DNA of 40,268 nt, from NCBI GenBank assembly GCA_048213135.1, contig PS015129.1, positions 79,369 to 119,636 of the forward strand. Direction: 5' to 3'. The stretch is from Reclinomonas americana ATCC 50394. Taxonomy: Eukaryota. The notes beneath the pieces are model-generated. The model did no database searches. It saw nothing but the letters and a program-made list of their open reading frames with translations, and was not told the origin of the DNA. Every line of letters begins with the position of its first letter. Positions within the stretch are counted from its first letter, which is position 1. Of the stretch, positions 22,724-34,064 are shown in pieces. A program made the translations under genes and the position numbers.

Positions 22724-24975
22724 ATGGCCGCGCAACCAGCCGCCGCTGAGCAAGAGCGCCTGATGGCGGAACTGTGCGATATTTGCGGCATTGACAGAGC
22801 TCACGCGTTGCCGCTGCTGCAGCGCACACACTGGGATGTGGCTGTTGCGTGTATGTGCGCTTTCTCCACACACATAGCAGTGACCAACACATGTGTGCAG
22901 GAGGCTGCCATGATGCAACTCGAGGAGGCTCAACAAGTGCCCGACTTGCCGCCGAGTGTTTCGTCTCTCCCTCTCACTCACACACCCACGCTCTCCCTCC
23001 CTTGCGCACACACTCACACTCAAACCAATGTGCCACTACGCAGGGCGATTTCGCAGTCGCGTTGGCCCTGGCGGCAGCGGACGAAGGGGCTGCTGCATGG
23101 AACCCACCTGCTGCGCGACACAACCAACCCCAACCTGAGCAGCCGCTGTCCGTGCCCGCAGCGCCCGCACCTGCACGCGCGGCACCCGTTCCCGCACCAG
23201 CGCAGCAACAATTTGCAGACGTGGAGCGTCGTGTGGCGCACTCTCTGGCCTCTCCGCTGGTGGCACAAGCCGGTCCGGTGGCCGAAGCTGCTCCGTATCG
23301 CGCAGCAGCACAACCGCAATCACTGCCGTCGTACCCGGAAGCATCGCCACCGCGTGCGCAGTATGTTCCACCGGTTCCGGCGCCATCGCCAGTGGTATTA
23401 CCACCACCAGTGGCTCCTGCGCCCGTGGTTCCACCCGTGGCTGTGCAACCAGCTGCTGCTGCCGCGGCTGCAGCTGCACCTCCTGCTGCTGTCGGCGACT
23501 ACGGAGACGAGGCGCTGAATGACGAGTGGGCACTGGCGATTGCAGCGGCGGCGGCGGAACCCGAGCCGCCCGAGGCCGACTTGCCGGCGCGCGTGCTACA
23601 CCTGGAGACGATGAATGCACGGGTGCGTGGTTGCATGTGCTGGTCGTATTGTGGTGTGTGACACTCACCTCTGTGCAGCTGATTCGTTTGCTGGCCGAGA
23701 GCCAGGCTGAGGTGTGTGTATCGTCGGCAATGTATTCTCTCTCCCCACGAATTGACTGACTTGGTTCGCAGGTGGAGGAGCTCACCGGTCAGATGAGTGT
23801 GCTGCTGATGCGCCTGGTGAGTCGAGACAAAGAGAGGGACGCGCTCCACGGTGATTTGACGTTTCCACCATATACAGGATGCCACGGAGCGGGCGGCGAT
23901 GGCTGCTGGTGTGGAGCTGCCGCGTGTGGATTCCCCCGCTGCTGCAGCGGCACCGGCCAGGCCGTTCCCACTCATGGATCTGGCGGCGCAGCGGCAGTCT
24001 CCACCGCGGTTCCGCGCCGAGCCCGTGGCAGCAAGAGCAGCGGCACCAGCGGCAGCCGCGGCAGCCGCCGCACCTGCCGGCGATCCTTCTGAGCGGCCTA
24101 TAACTGTGCGCATGCGACACGGCGCAAATCTCACAGACAGTTGCGTGCACTGACGTGAGAGACCTCGAATGTGCTTCCATTCTCACCGTCGATATTACGC
24201 AGTTCGTGTCAGACCTTCGGCAACGATTGCCGAGTGGAAGCGGAGTTGCGTGTCCACTGCATTGTGCTCTTGTGCTTGCAGTGTGTGTGTGTGTGTGACC
24301 ACCATTTGATGTGCAGTTGTACGCGCGGCCATCCCAGCTTTCGCGCACACGACAGACATGTCGCTGCGATTGATCCGCCGTGGGCGTGAGGTGGTGGATC
24401 CCAACACCGTGGCCGGTTCTGGCACAGAGGAAGGCGAAACCGTAATGGCGATGCAGCGGTGTGTGAGCACGCACAGTCACCTCCTGCAAGTGTCATTGTT
24501 TTCACTCACGCGCTGCCACAGGATTGCGGGCTCGGACCGCCGACTCAAGACCGACCTTCAGCGCCTGGCACACGGTGTTGCCAAGCGCTTGCAGGGTGTC
24601 CACGCATACGACTTTGCGTGGACGCCCGACGCGCATGTCATTGGACACGAGCCCGGCCAACGCGAGTTTGGCGTGATGGCACAAGAGCTGGAAGCGGCCT
24701 TTCCGACGCTGGTCGGCGACGCAGGCCTCGTGGCCACAGGCCACGTGACAACCGCCGACGACAGCAGCGTCACCTTCAAGGCGGTAGCGTACGACCGCAT
24801 CGCTGTGCTGCTGGTGGACGCCCTCAACGAGCACACCGAAGCCCTGGAGCGGACCGAGCGAGCACGACAGGAACTCGCGGCGCTGGTTGATGCACAGGCG
24901 AAATTGCTTGCGGCGCAACACGAGGCGTGCGCGGCATTACTTGCGAGAGTCAACGCACTAGAAAATCAAGAGTGA
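22724..24975 (+). CDS. UBA-like / coiled coil / ubiquitin-like / peptidase S74 (ICA) fusion protein, paralog A (exons 22724-22843, 22901-22957, 23044-23622, 23679-23711, 23772-23816, 23878-24139, 24203-24244, 24317-24458, 24522-24975)
   Basis: UBA-like: ELCDICGIDRAHALPLLQRTHWDVAEAA. UBL: ITVRMRHGANLTDIRVRPSATIAEWKRIVRAAIPAFAHTTDMSLRLIRRGREVVDPNTVAGSGTEEGETVMAMQRIAG. S74: SDRRLKTD...FGVMAQELEAAFP...VAYDRIAVLLVDALNE, then a coiled coil. All nine exons are phase-consistent. Confidence 0.88.
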
Positions 24976-25151
24976 AGTGGCTGAATTCCCGAACACACTT
25001 CACAACTCGGCAATGCCGCGCGGCAAGCAAACGCCAGACTGCCTGTGGACAGTAGCAGCAGCAACCACGAAGGGACGGCGACACGAGCGACGAGTTAATC
25101 GCGTTCGTGTCCTGTGATCGCGGCAATCGTTCTATCTTTGAGGAGAAGCCC

Positions 25152-27514
25152 ATGAGCAGACCCAATAGCATTGGAGGCGGCAACGCACAGCAGCCGGTGG
25201 GCGGTGATGTGCCGGAGCAGCCGGGTGGTGGGCGCCTGTCACACACCGAGCAGGAGGCCGCACTGCAGGAGATGTGTGACATTTGTGGCATTGATCGCGA
25301 TGCAGCGCGACCAGTGCTGGAGCGCGCAAACTGGAACGTGCATGTTGCGTGTGGGAGGGAGAATCAGAGAGAGAGAGAGAAAGAGAGTGAGAAGAACATG
25401 GACACAAACACGAGCAATCACAAGTGTTTTTCCGCGTGATCGCTCTTCTGCTGCTGCTCGTGATCCGTCTCTCTGTGTGTACATGCTCTTCCTTACACTC
25501 TCTGCTCTCACTGCTGTCCATCAATACCGCGTTTCTTGCTCACTCTTTCTCATTCTCTGTCGTGTGCTGTTGTTGTCCACTCTGCGTTCACAGGAAGCCG
25601 CCTCGCATTACCTCGACAGCGTGCATGCCATTGATGAGCCGGAGCCGGTGATGATTGGCGGCCCTGGTGTGCTGCTCATGCGACTGGTGCGTTGTCTCGT
25701 TGTGCTGCTTGTGTGTGTACACAGCGCGCTCATGTCTCGGACAATACCAACAATCTCGCAGGCGGCTGCTGTCGGTGCGGAACAGAGTCAGGCACGTGTG
25801 CAGGAGCTGGAGACGCAGAATGCCGAGGTAGGTGTCCTTCCAGCGTTGTTGTTGTCGTTGTTGTGGGGAGTCTCACTGGAATGCATAGTTGACGCGGCGG
25901 CTGGACGAGAGTCAGAGTCAGGTGCCGTGACTTGCGCGAGTCTTTCTCTGTCTGGTGTTGTGTCCTCACTGTTGTTTTGTATAGTCGGAGGCCCGTGCTC
26001 GTCACGTGCGTGAGCTGCTGGCACAGGTGGAGCGACTGCAGCAACAGCTGGTGTGTGTATGTGTTTGTGGGTTCCGTTTGTTTCTGCATGCTGGATTGTT
26101 CACGTTTCCGCTCCACTGACAAGGCCCGTGCGGAGAAACACGTGGAGGACATGCGCGCGGAAGCCAATCGTGTGGCACAAGCGGCAGCCACTGCAGCAGC
26201 AGCAGCTGCCGCCGCTGCCGGCAACATGTACCAGCCAAGTGGTGAAGCATCAGGTGCCGCTGCCGCTGCTGCAGCTCCGGCCGCCGCACCAGCTCCAGCC
26301 GCTTCTCCTGTGGAAGCACCCGCTCCAGCCGCCGCAGTGCAGGCACCGCCCGCAGCAGCAGCCGCTGCGCGTAATGCGCCCGCCGCTGGACCCGTCCTGG
26401 TGGCGCCACCGCAGTCCATGCGCAACATGGATGCTGCCGCTCCACCACCAGCAGCACCAGCAGCAGCCCCCGCGCACCCTGCACCGCACCCCGCACCTGC
26501 ACCCGCACCCGCTGCAGCGGCTGCCGCAGCCTCGGCCGCCGCGCCTGCTGCAGCAGAGGACAGCAATCGCACGCCAGACGGACCCCAACCACCTGCCAGC
26601 TCCGAAGGCAGAAGAATCAATGTCCGCGTGCGCGATGCTCAGCATTTGCACACTGGTTTGTCAAGTGATCCCGTTCTTCTTGTCCTCTCCCGTGCCTCTG
26701 CTCAAGCACAACATTGCGCACAGTGACTGCCATGACCAACGAAACCATCAGTCAGTTGAAGCAGAGTTGCGTATCTGTGTGCGGCATGTACAGGTTTGCT
26801 TTTCTTGAGCACTTATCTCTACTTGACAGCCATCCGCACTGCGTTGCCACGACTGGCGCACCTGAGTGACGAAGACATGCGACTGGTGTACCGCGGACGC
26901 GAGATCTCGCTGGACTCCTCCACACTTGCATCGGTGCCATTCGAGGACGAGGGCGTGGTCACCATTGTGCAGCGGTAAGTGGACGCAGTGGGGGTGTGTC
27001 TTGGTGAGTGCGCTCAAAGTGATACTATTTTCCCTGCAGCATTCGCGGCTCGGACATGCGCTTCAAGACCGATTTGCGACGCCTTGAGGGCGGCGTGTCG
27101 GAGCGGCTGCGCGCAGTGCACGCGTACCAATTTGAGTGGAATTCCGAGGCTGCGCGTGTCGGCTACACACCAGGCGATCGCGAGTTCGGTGTCATGGCGC
27201 AAGAACTGGAGGCCGCCTTCCCGTCGCTGGCTGGCGGTGCGGAGAGTGGCGGAGTGGTCGTCGACACGCAGGTACCGCCATCGAGTGGGTCGTCGGCGCC
27301 GGCCTCCTTCAAAATGGTGGCCTACGAGCGCATCGCCCCGATCCTCATCGATGCCGTCAACGAGCACACCGAGGCGCTGCAGGTGGCGGAGCGCGACTGC
27401 GATCGGCTGCAGTCGCTGGCCGACCAGCAGGCGAAACAACTGCGGGCACAGCAGGAACTTCTCACCATGTTGCAAGCACGTATCGAGGCGCTGGAGAAGG
27501 CGCCAAAGCAGTGA
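25152..27514 (+). CDS. UBA-like / coiled coil / ubiquitin-like / peptidase S74 (ICA) fusion protein, paralog B (exons 25152-25343, 25594-25686, 25762-25827, 25889-25921, 25985-26050, 26124-26655, 26724-26765, 26830-26974, 27040-27514)
   Basis: UBA-like: EMCDICGIDRDAARPVLERANWNVHEAASHYLD. UBL: INVRVRDAQHLHTVTAMTNETISQLKQTIRTALPRLAHLSDEDMRLVYRGREISLDSSTLASVPFEDEGVVTIVQRIRG. S74: SDMRFKTD...FGVMAQELEAAFP...VAYERIAPILIDAVNE. The UBA and UBL intron positions and phases match paralog A. Confidence 0.88.
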
Positions 27515-27624
27515 TGCTCGTGCTCATGCCACCATTTTCCATCATGCTTTGACAAAATGAAAACGTGACCACTACACTGTTGACAGGCTGAAGGGAAAAG
27601 TTGCTTTCGTGCTTGCATTGTATC

Positions 27625-28704
27625 TTACCACCACGACCCAGGGTCGCCGCGGCAGCGATTGAGCACGACGGAAGCATCCTCGACAATGAAACACCGCAAA
27701 ACCATCTCTGGCAAGCAACGCGAATCCGGTTCTTCCTCCTCGTCGGGCTGCATCTGCTGCACTGCTTGCATCGCCGCCCGCGCCTGACTCAACTCGTCAC
27801 TGGCCAGACCGAGTGGAGCGGCCCACACACGCATGGTGTCATCACGGCTGCCACTCACAATGTGTAGATTGTCTGCGGAGATGGCGACGCACGACACGAG
27901 GCGAGTGTGCCCTTCTAGTCGTCGGAGTTCGTCGCCCGTCACCAGCGACCACAGTCGCACAGTGCAGTCCTCACTCCCGCTCACAACGTATTGACCGTCA
28001 GGAGAGACGGCAACGCAGCGCACAGGGTGGCTGTGGCCTGTCAGTTGCAGCACCTCTTCATCGCCCACCAGCGATCGCACATGCACAATGTTGTCGGCAC
28101 TCCCAATCAGCACGCGCTGACCGTCGGGAGTGACGGCGACACACAGCAAGCGAACCTCAAACGTCATGCGATGCAGTTGCTCGCCAGTCGCCAGTGACCA
28201 CACCCGCACTGTCTTGTCGCGACCTGCACCCCCGCTCACAATGAACTCGTTGTTGGGAGTGACGGCGACCGACATTACCCAGTCGGTGTGACCAGTCAAC
28301 AGTCGCACTTGTTCTCCATTCGCCAGCGACCACACTCGCACTGTCTTGTCATAGCTCCCACTCACGACGTGTTGCCCGTCGCGAGAGACGGCGACACTCA
28401 TCACCACATTGGTGTGGTTCTGCAACTGGCGAACCTCCTCGCCAGTCGCCACTGACAACACTCGCACAGTCATGTCACCAGCACCACACACAATGTGCTG
28501 CTCATCGGGAGTGAAGGCGATGGATGACCACACGCGCCGGACGCCGTCGAACAGCCGCACTGTCTCGCCACTCAATAGCGACATAACACGCACAGTCGTA
28601 TCCCAGTTGCTGGCGACAACATGCTGGCAATCGCGCGTAATCGCCAATGCCGACACGAGGTTGCCGAACTGATGAACGCGCGGAGGAGGCAGTGGATGTG
28701 ACAT
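27625..28704 (-). CDS. Intronless WD40-repeat protein (~359 aa, about 7 repeats plus a helical C-terminal tail)
   Basis: Repeats such as NHTNVVMSVAVSRDGQHVVSGSYDKTVRVW, GHTDWVMSVAVTPNNEFIVSG and GHSHPVRCVAVSPDGQYVVSGSEDCTVRLW. Likely start is MSHPLPPP at 28704; the longer ORF start overlaps the exportin gene. Confidence 0.92.
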   Translation of the reverse strand: MSHPLPPPRVHQFGNLVSALAITRDCQHVVASNWDTTVRVMSLLSGETVRLFDGVRRVWSSIAFTPDEQHIVCGAGDMTVRVLSVATGEEVRQLQNHTNVVMSVAVSRDGQHVVSGSYDKTVRVWSLANGEQVRLLTGHTDWVMSVAVTPNNEFIVSGGAGRDKTVRVWSLATGEQLHRMTFEVRLLCVAVTPDGQRVLIGSADNIVHVRSLVGDEEVLQLTGHSHPVRCVAVSPDGQYVVSGSEDCTVRLWSLVTGDELRRLEGHTRLVSCVAISADNLHIVSGSRDDTMRVWAAPLGLASDELSQARAAMQAVQQMQPDEEEEPDSRCLPEMVLRCFIVEDASVVLNRCRGDPGSWW

Positions 28705-28797
28705 GGTTGGCAAGCAGGCGATGACTGGAGGGTTTGTGTAAGTTCGCGTCGTAAAATTCCGCCTGTCTTTGCGTTTTTTGTTTGTTTGGGAGGGCGA

Positions 28798-31700
28798 ATG
28801 GCAGACGAAGGGGCGTCGTTCGACAACGCCGTGTCGTGTCTGTACGACCCGAGCTCGCCACAGCAGAATCGCGCACGGCAATACCTCGAGCGCGTCAATG
28901 ACAACTGGCGCTTCTTGGCCGACCGCCTCTACCACTCACCCATGGTGCAGTCGGTGTTCCACTCACTGTCTCTGCTGCACGAGTTTGTCTCCAATCGGTG
29001 AGCACACACACGCGTGTGTGTGCAGTGCGTGTGCAGTGGGGGCGGGAGACATGTTCACTGACATCTCTGACACAGACTGGGCATGCTGCCGCTGAGTGAG
29101 CAGCAGGCGTTCCAGGAGTTCCTCATCACGTTTGTGCACGACCACACCACGTCGCCGTCGGGAGTGAATCCTGTGCACGATTCGCAGCTGTTTGTGCGCA
29201 CCAAGTTTGCGGTGGTGTATGCGCATGCGATTGTGCAGCAGTACCCGGCGCAGTGGGAGACGGCGTTCACTGCGCTGCTGGCGCAGGCGCAGGCACTGAT
29301 GCAGCAACTACCGGAGGGACCCGATGCATCGGTGTGTGTTTGAGAGAGAGAGGGTGATTGAGGATGTTGATGAGGATGAGGATGATGGTCCGGAGCTCTT
29401 CTCTGCTGTCTGAGTGTCGAGGATGCAGCGTGTTTCAGACTCTGATATCGTGTGACTGCCCCCACCTTTGTCTCCGTTGTGTTCTTTCTCTGCATGTTCT
29501 CCTTCTTGTTCTTCTTCCCTTCAGTTCTCGCTCTTCTCTCTCCCTTCCCTCCCTCCCTTGCTGTGCTGTGAGTCTCATTTCTCTGTTGTCTGAGTGTCGA
29601 GTTTCGAGAGTGTTTCTGACTCTGCTTTCGTTTGGTTGTCTCCTCCTCCACTTGCGTGTTCTGCATGCTCTCTTTCTTGTGCTTCTCCGCGAGACTCTTT
29701 CGTTCCTACTCCTCTCTCTCTCCCTCTCCCTCTCCCTCTCCCTCTCCCTTCCCTTTCCCCCTCCCCTTTTCTCTCCCTCTCCCTCTCCCTCTCCCTCTCC
29801 CTCTCCCTCTCCCTCCCGTGGGTCTCTTTGAATGTTGCTTCCTCTCGTCTCTCATCTTATGTTCCTATTCCTTCGCTCCAGGGCTACGGTGTCGGCCTCA
29901 TCGAGTACCTGCTGACAATCTTCACCACCGTCGACGACGAGGTGGTCAATCGTGAGATCCATCGCACCAGTGTGATGCACCAGGCGGGCATTCGTATTGT
30001 TGCGTGGATTGGTGTTTCTTCTCTCCTCGTGTCCACGTGCGTGTGTGTGTGTGCTGAATGGCATGGGGGAGTGCAGAAGGACGCTCTGCGTGAGCAGTGC
30101 ATTGGGGAGATTGTGAACTTTTGGGTCTGGGTGCTGGCTTCATGTCGCACGCACCACCCGTCACTTGTGCGGCAGTGTTTGGACGTCTTGTCGCGTTATG
30201 TCGGTGCGTTGTGTTTTTTGGTAGCAGAGGATAGCATTCACCTCATGGCTTCTCACGTTGTTGGCAGAGTGGATCGACATTTCGCTGGTGGTCAATTCAG
30301 CGCTGCTGGCACAACTGTACCAGTACCTGCAGGACGGAGAGACGCGCGCCGAGGCCGTCAATTGTGTTGCCAAGGTGAAGTTCGATTGCTTTTTTTCACC
30401 TGCACACTCTCCGCACTCACGCGTGCTCCCATTGCAGATTGTCGAAAAGGGTATGGACCCACCACAGCGCAAGATCTCTCTGCTGCAGGAGCTGGACATT
30501 GCAAATCTGTTGGATGCTGCCGCGTCAGCAATAGCGTCGCTGCAAGTTGCGGTACAGTGCCGCTTGTAATGCTGCATTCTCGGTGACTCACAGCAGCTGC
30601 TGCAGCCGAATCCAACGGAGACAGACCTGCTGAACGAAATGTCGGACCCGTACTCGTCGAATGTCGCCATGTTATGCTGCACCGTTGCCATGGAGCTGAT
30701 CGAGGCCGTTCCCATGGTGTGCATTTCTGGCGAGTGGTTCTTTCCAAGCAGTGTTTCATTTTTCATTGTTTCCTCGTGTGCGCAGCTGGGTTCGCCAGAG
30801 GTCATGGAATTCCGCACGTGGTCCCTGGAGGCACTGGATCGTGTGCTGGCGCTCATTGTCAGATTCATGCGAACGTCGCCGCCGGTGGTGGCGCAGGCCG
30901 TCATCGACAGCGTCATGATTTTTGCTCGACAGGTGTGTGAGTGTTTGTTGTCGACCTCTGTTTGTGTCCATTATTGACTAACGACCTCGGTACAGCTCAA
31001 GCGAGGTGACTTGATGCCACTGCCGGCGGAGCCGGGTGCACCAGTGGAATACATGGAATCACATCAGCAGGTGCACTGCTTGTGTTGCTTCCACAGACTA
31101 TTGTGTGTCCTTTCTCCTTCTCATAATTCGTCCATTGTCGTCGCTTAGTTGCTGCTGGAAATGATCGAAGTGATTCACTGCCGCATTGTGGTTCCCGCCG
31201 ACGTGGATTTGCTGGCCGGCGAGTCGGACGATGACACGTTCTTTATCGAGATGCGCGCTGTGCGTTACTCCCCCCTTTTCCTTGTTTAACGACCGTCCTC
31301 CGCCGTCACACTCATCTGCTACTGAGCAGAATATGCTCATCGCGCTAAAGGCGTTGATCAACTCGGCCCCGGAACCCACGCAACAAGTGGTGTACCAGCT
31401 GCTTTCGCGGTGTTGCAGCAATGTCGAGGCGTTTGCACCGGAACTCGAGGCCGCGCTTGCCATGTTTGACATTGTCGGCGAGACTCTGAGCAGTGCGTGA
31501 GGAAGAGCAACTCATGCGCACTCACTTTCTCTGTGACCTCTCACTGCTTCTCATCAGCTTGTGTATCGGAACCTGTTGGTATCATTGCGGACTGCATGAG
31601 ATTACTGCTGACCTCGCCGGTGCGACAGTCGAGCAACCTTATTGTGATCAAGGCCTTTATCGATGTCATTACGCGATACGTGAACTTTTTCCTCGCCGAG

Positions 31701-34011
31701 CAGCAGTACCTCAACGAGGCGCTGGAGTTGCTGCTGGGTCCATCGTTGCGTACGACACGATAAAGGCTTCTTGCGTGTTATCGTATGTTGTTAAACTCTC
31801 TCTCTCTCTCTCTCTCTCTTTCGTGCACACGCTCAGTGGTCTCCAGCACAAGGACGTGCGCTTGAGGAGACACACAGCCTCTGTGTTGCGGCGATTCTTC
31901 ATGCCGCTGCGTTCGGTGCTCGCCGAGGCTGCTCCGGATATTGTCGAGAACTGCATCGTGAGTTGGCGCCTCTCTCGTACCCTTCTCGACTCCACCATTC
32001 ATGACTCACCTTTCGGCCTCGACCAGAACATTGTTTATTTGGACATCTCCTCAATGGCGGCAGCCATGCGGTCGTCTCTCGCCGACGCGGAGCAGTTGTT
32101 GACTGATTGGAACGCAGCATTTCCGTTTTCCTCGCGCCTCGAAGTCAGCGAGGCCCTCGGCGCAATCACGTCCACGCACTCGGCCAGTCGCGATCTGCTG
32201 AAGGTTTTGTTTTCCTTCTGGTGCTCTCGACTTTGTTGGCTCCCAACTCACTTGCTGCCTTCTTGCGTGCAGGCTATCCTCGATCCTGGCATGCAAATGT
32301 TGCAGACTGCGGTGGCCGAAAGATGGTACGAGCTGGACGTGCCAGAGTTCCCGGTCATTACGTTCCTGGTTGGGTACATGGCACGCTTCCTCGGCTACAT
32401 GTCAAAGGGTGTGTCGCCTGTGTGTCTTTTGGCACAACCGTCGCTGAGCACACGGGACTGTACCGCTGACACACTGTCGAGCAGGTTTCCCGCGGGCGAC
32501 GGCACTCGGCAAGAAAATCACCGAGCAGGACATGACCAAGATGAACACGGTGCATCCGGCGGCCGAGTGTTTCTTCGAACTGTGGGTGCCGCTCTCGGAG
32601 CTGCTGCGGTTGTGTGGCGATGTGCGTCCGCGGCTCATTGCACATGATCAGATCCTCTTGTTGGTTCACCATTCTGTCTCCCTTTTGCAGCGGGCTGTTT
32701 CTATTCGGCTACAAGTGATTTTCCTAATGCATCGGCTCATGGAGATGGTCGGCTTGCCGCTGTTGACGCTGCAGCCGCCGGTGCTGGCCCCGGCCATTGA
32801 TCAACTGTTGGCCTACATCCCTGGTGAGTCGCATCTCTTCCCTGTAATTCCACTCGGTGGACGCGTCCGGATGCTAATCATCACGCTGCAGGTGCACTGG
32901 CCAATCCCGGTGCACAGCTGCGACCGATTCAGCTGCAGGACTACACCATGCAGGCCGAGGGCGCCGACTGGTCGCCACACGCCGAGCTCGGCAGCATCTA
33001 CAGCGCCATTACACAGATGATGAGTCGATTCCGGCACCTGGCAGCCGACAATGTTGCCGCGAGTTGCGTCCACTTCCACTGCAAGCGTCGTCTCTCTTGT
33101 CTATCACGCTCATCCACCATGCAGTCTTGCCGTCGTGCGTCGCGGTTGTGCTGGAGTTTCTGCGCCCGGTGGCTGGTGGTGACATTGGAGTGGCGATTGA
33201 GCGCACCGTGTCGATCCGCGATGAGGCGTCGCGTGAGCTGTTGGATCTGTTGGACAAGTTCTTCACATTTGTGGGCTCCATCTCTGCCTGCGGCTGCATG
33301 GACGCGCTGTGGACGCAGTCGGACGGCTCGGTGGTGCCGCAGCTGCTGGAGCTGTCCCTGATTTTGGTGGCGCGCACCAACAATCTGACAGTGGCCCGCA
33401 ACGTACTCGTTTTCCTGCAAACCGCGGTGGAGGGCATGCTGCAGGTGGATGGATTTGCGGCGTACGCCTGTGAGAAGCTGTTGCCGTTGATGGTGGCCTT
33501 TTTCGGCAACCCATACTGCCACCCGACGAGCATGGCGATGGTGCAGGTGCGTGTGTGCGTGCTTCTCTCTCTGCCCGCTGGCCCCGCCGTCCCGTGGTTG
33601 ATGTCACGAGGTTTGATGTTGCTCAGGCAATAATATCTCCTCTCTCCACGTTGCAGTCCATGGAGTCCGTCGGCACATGTTTCCGCATGTTGTACGCGGT
33701 GTGCGGCGACGTGGTGCCGAGCACGTTGATGACGCTCTTTTCACAACTTGCCATCCCCATGCGTGTGGGCCCAGCACAAGAGCCACCCGCCGCCACGGCG
33801 ACACAAGGTAATATGCGATGGCGTGGAATAGGAGACGTCGCGAAGATCGCTGACCTCTCTCCTCCGCGCAGAACCTCTGCAGTACAGTCAGGTGTCGCCC
33901 GACGAGGCACAGGATCTCGTGCAGCAAATCATATCGCCGGAGGTCGACGACAAAACACTAGCCGCACGGCTACAAAACCTAGTTCAGAGGCATCGCTTCG
34001 CCAGCCTATGA
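28798..34011 (+). CDS. XPOT: Exportin-T (Xpo-t/Los1/PAUSED) tRNA exportin, multi-exon
   Basis: FVRTKFAVVYAHAIVQQYPAQW, YLLTIFTTVDDEVVNREIHRT...IKDALREQCIGEIVNFW, CLDVLSRYVEWIDISLV and IVEKGMDPPQRKISLL match the exportin-T N-terminal pattern. TGA 34009-34011. Confidence 0.85.
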
Positions 34012-34064
34012 GTAGTGAAGCGATGTGTCCTACGTAGTACTCAGCAATCTTTTCCACAAGAGCG

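Noticed and set aside
24358-27560. Prophage, endogenous virus or contamination suggested by S74 domains
   Set aside because: The domains are terminal exons of multi-intron genes among eukaryotic housekeeping genes, with no viral hallmark genes nearby.
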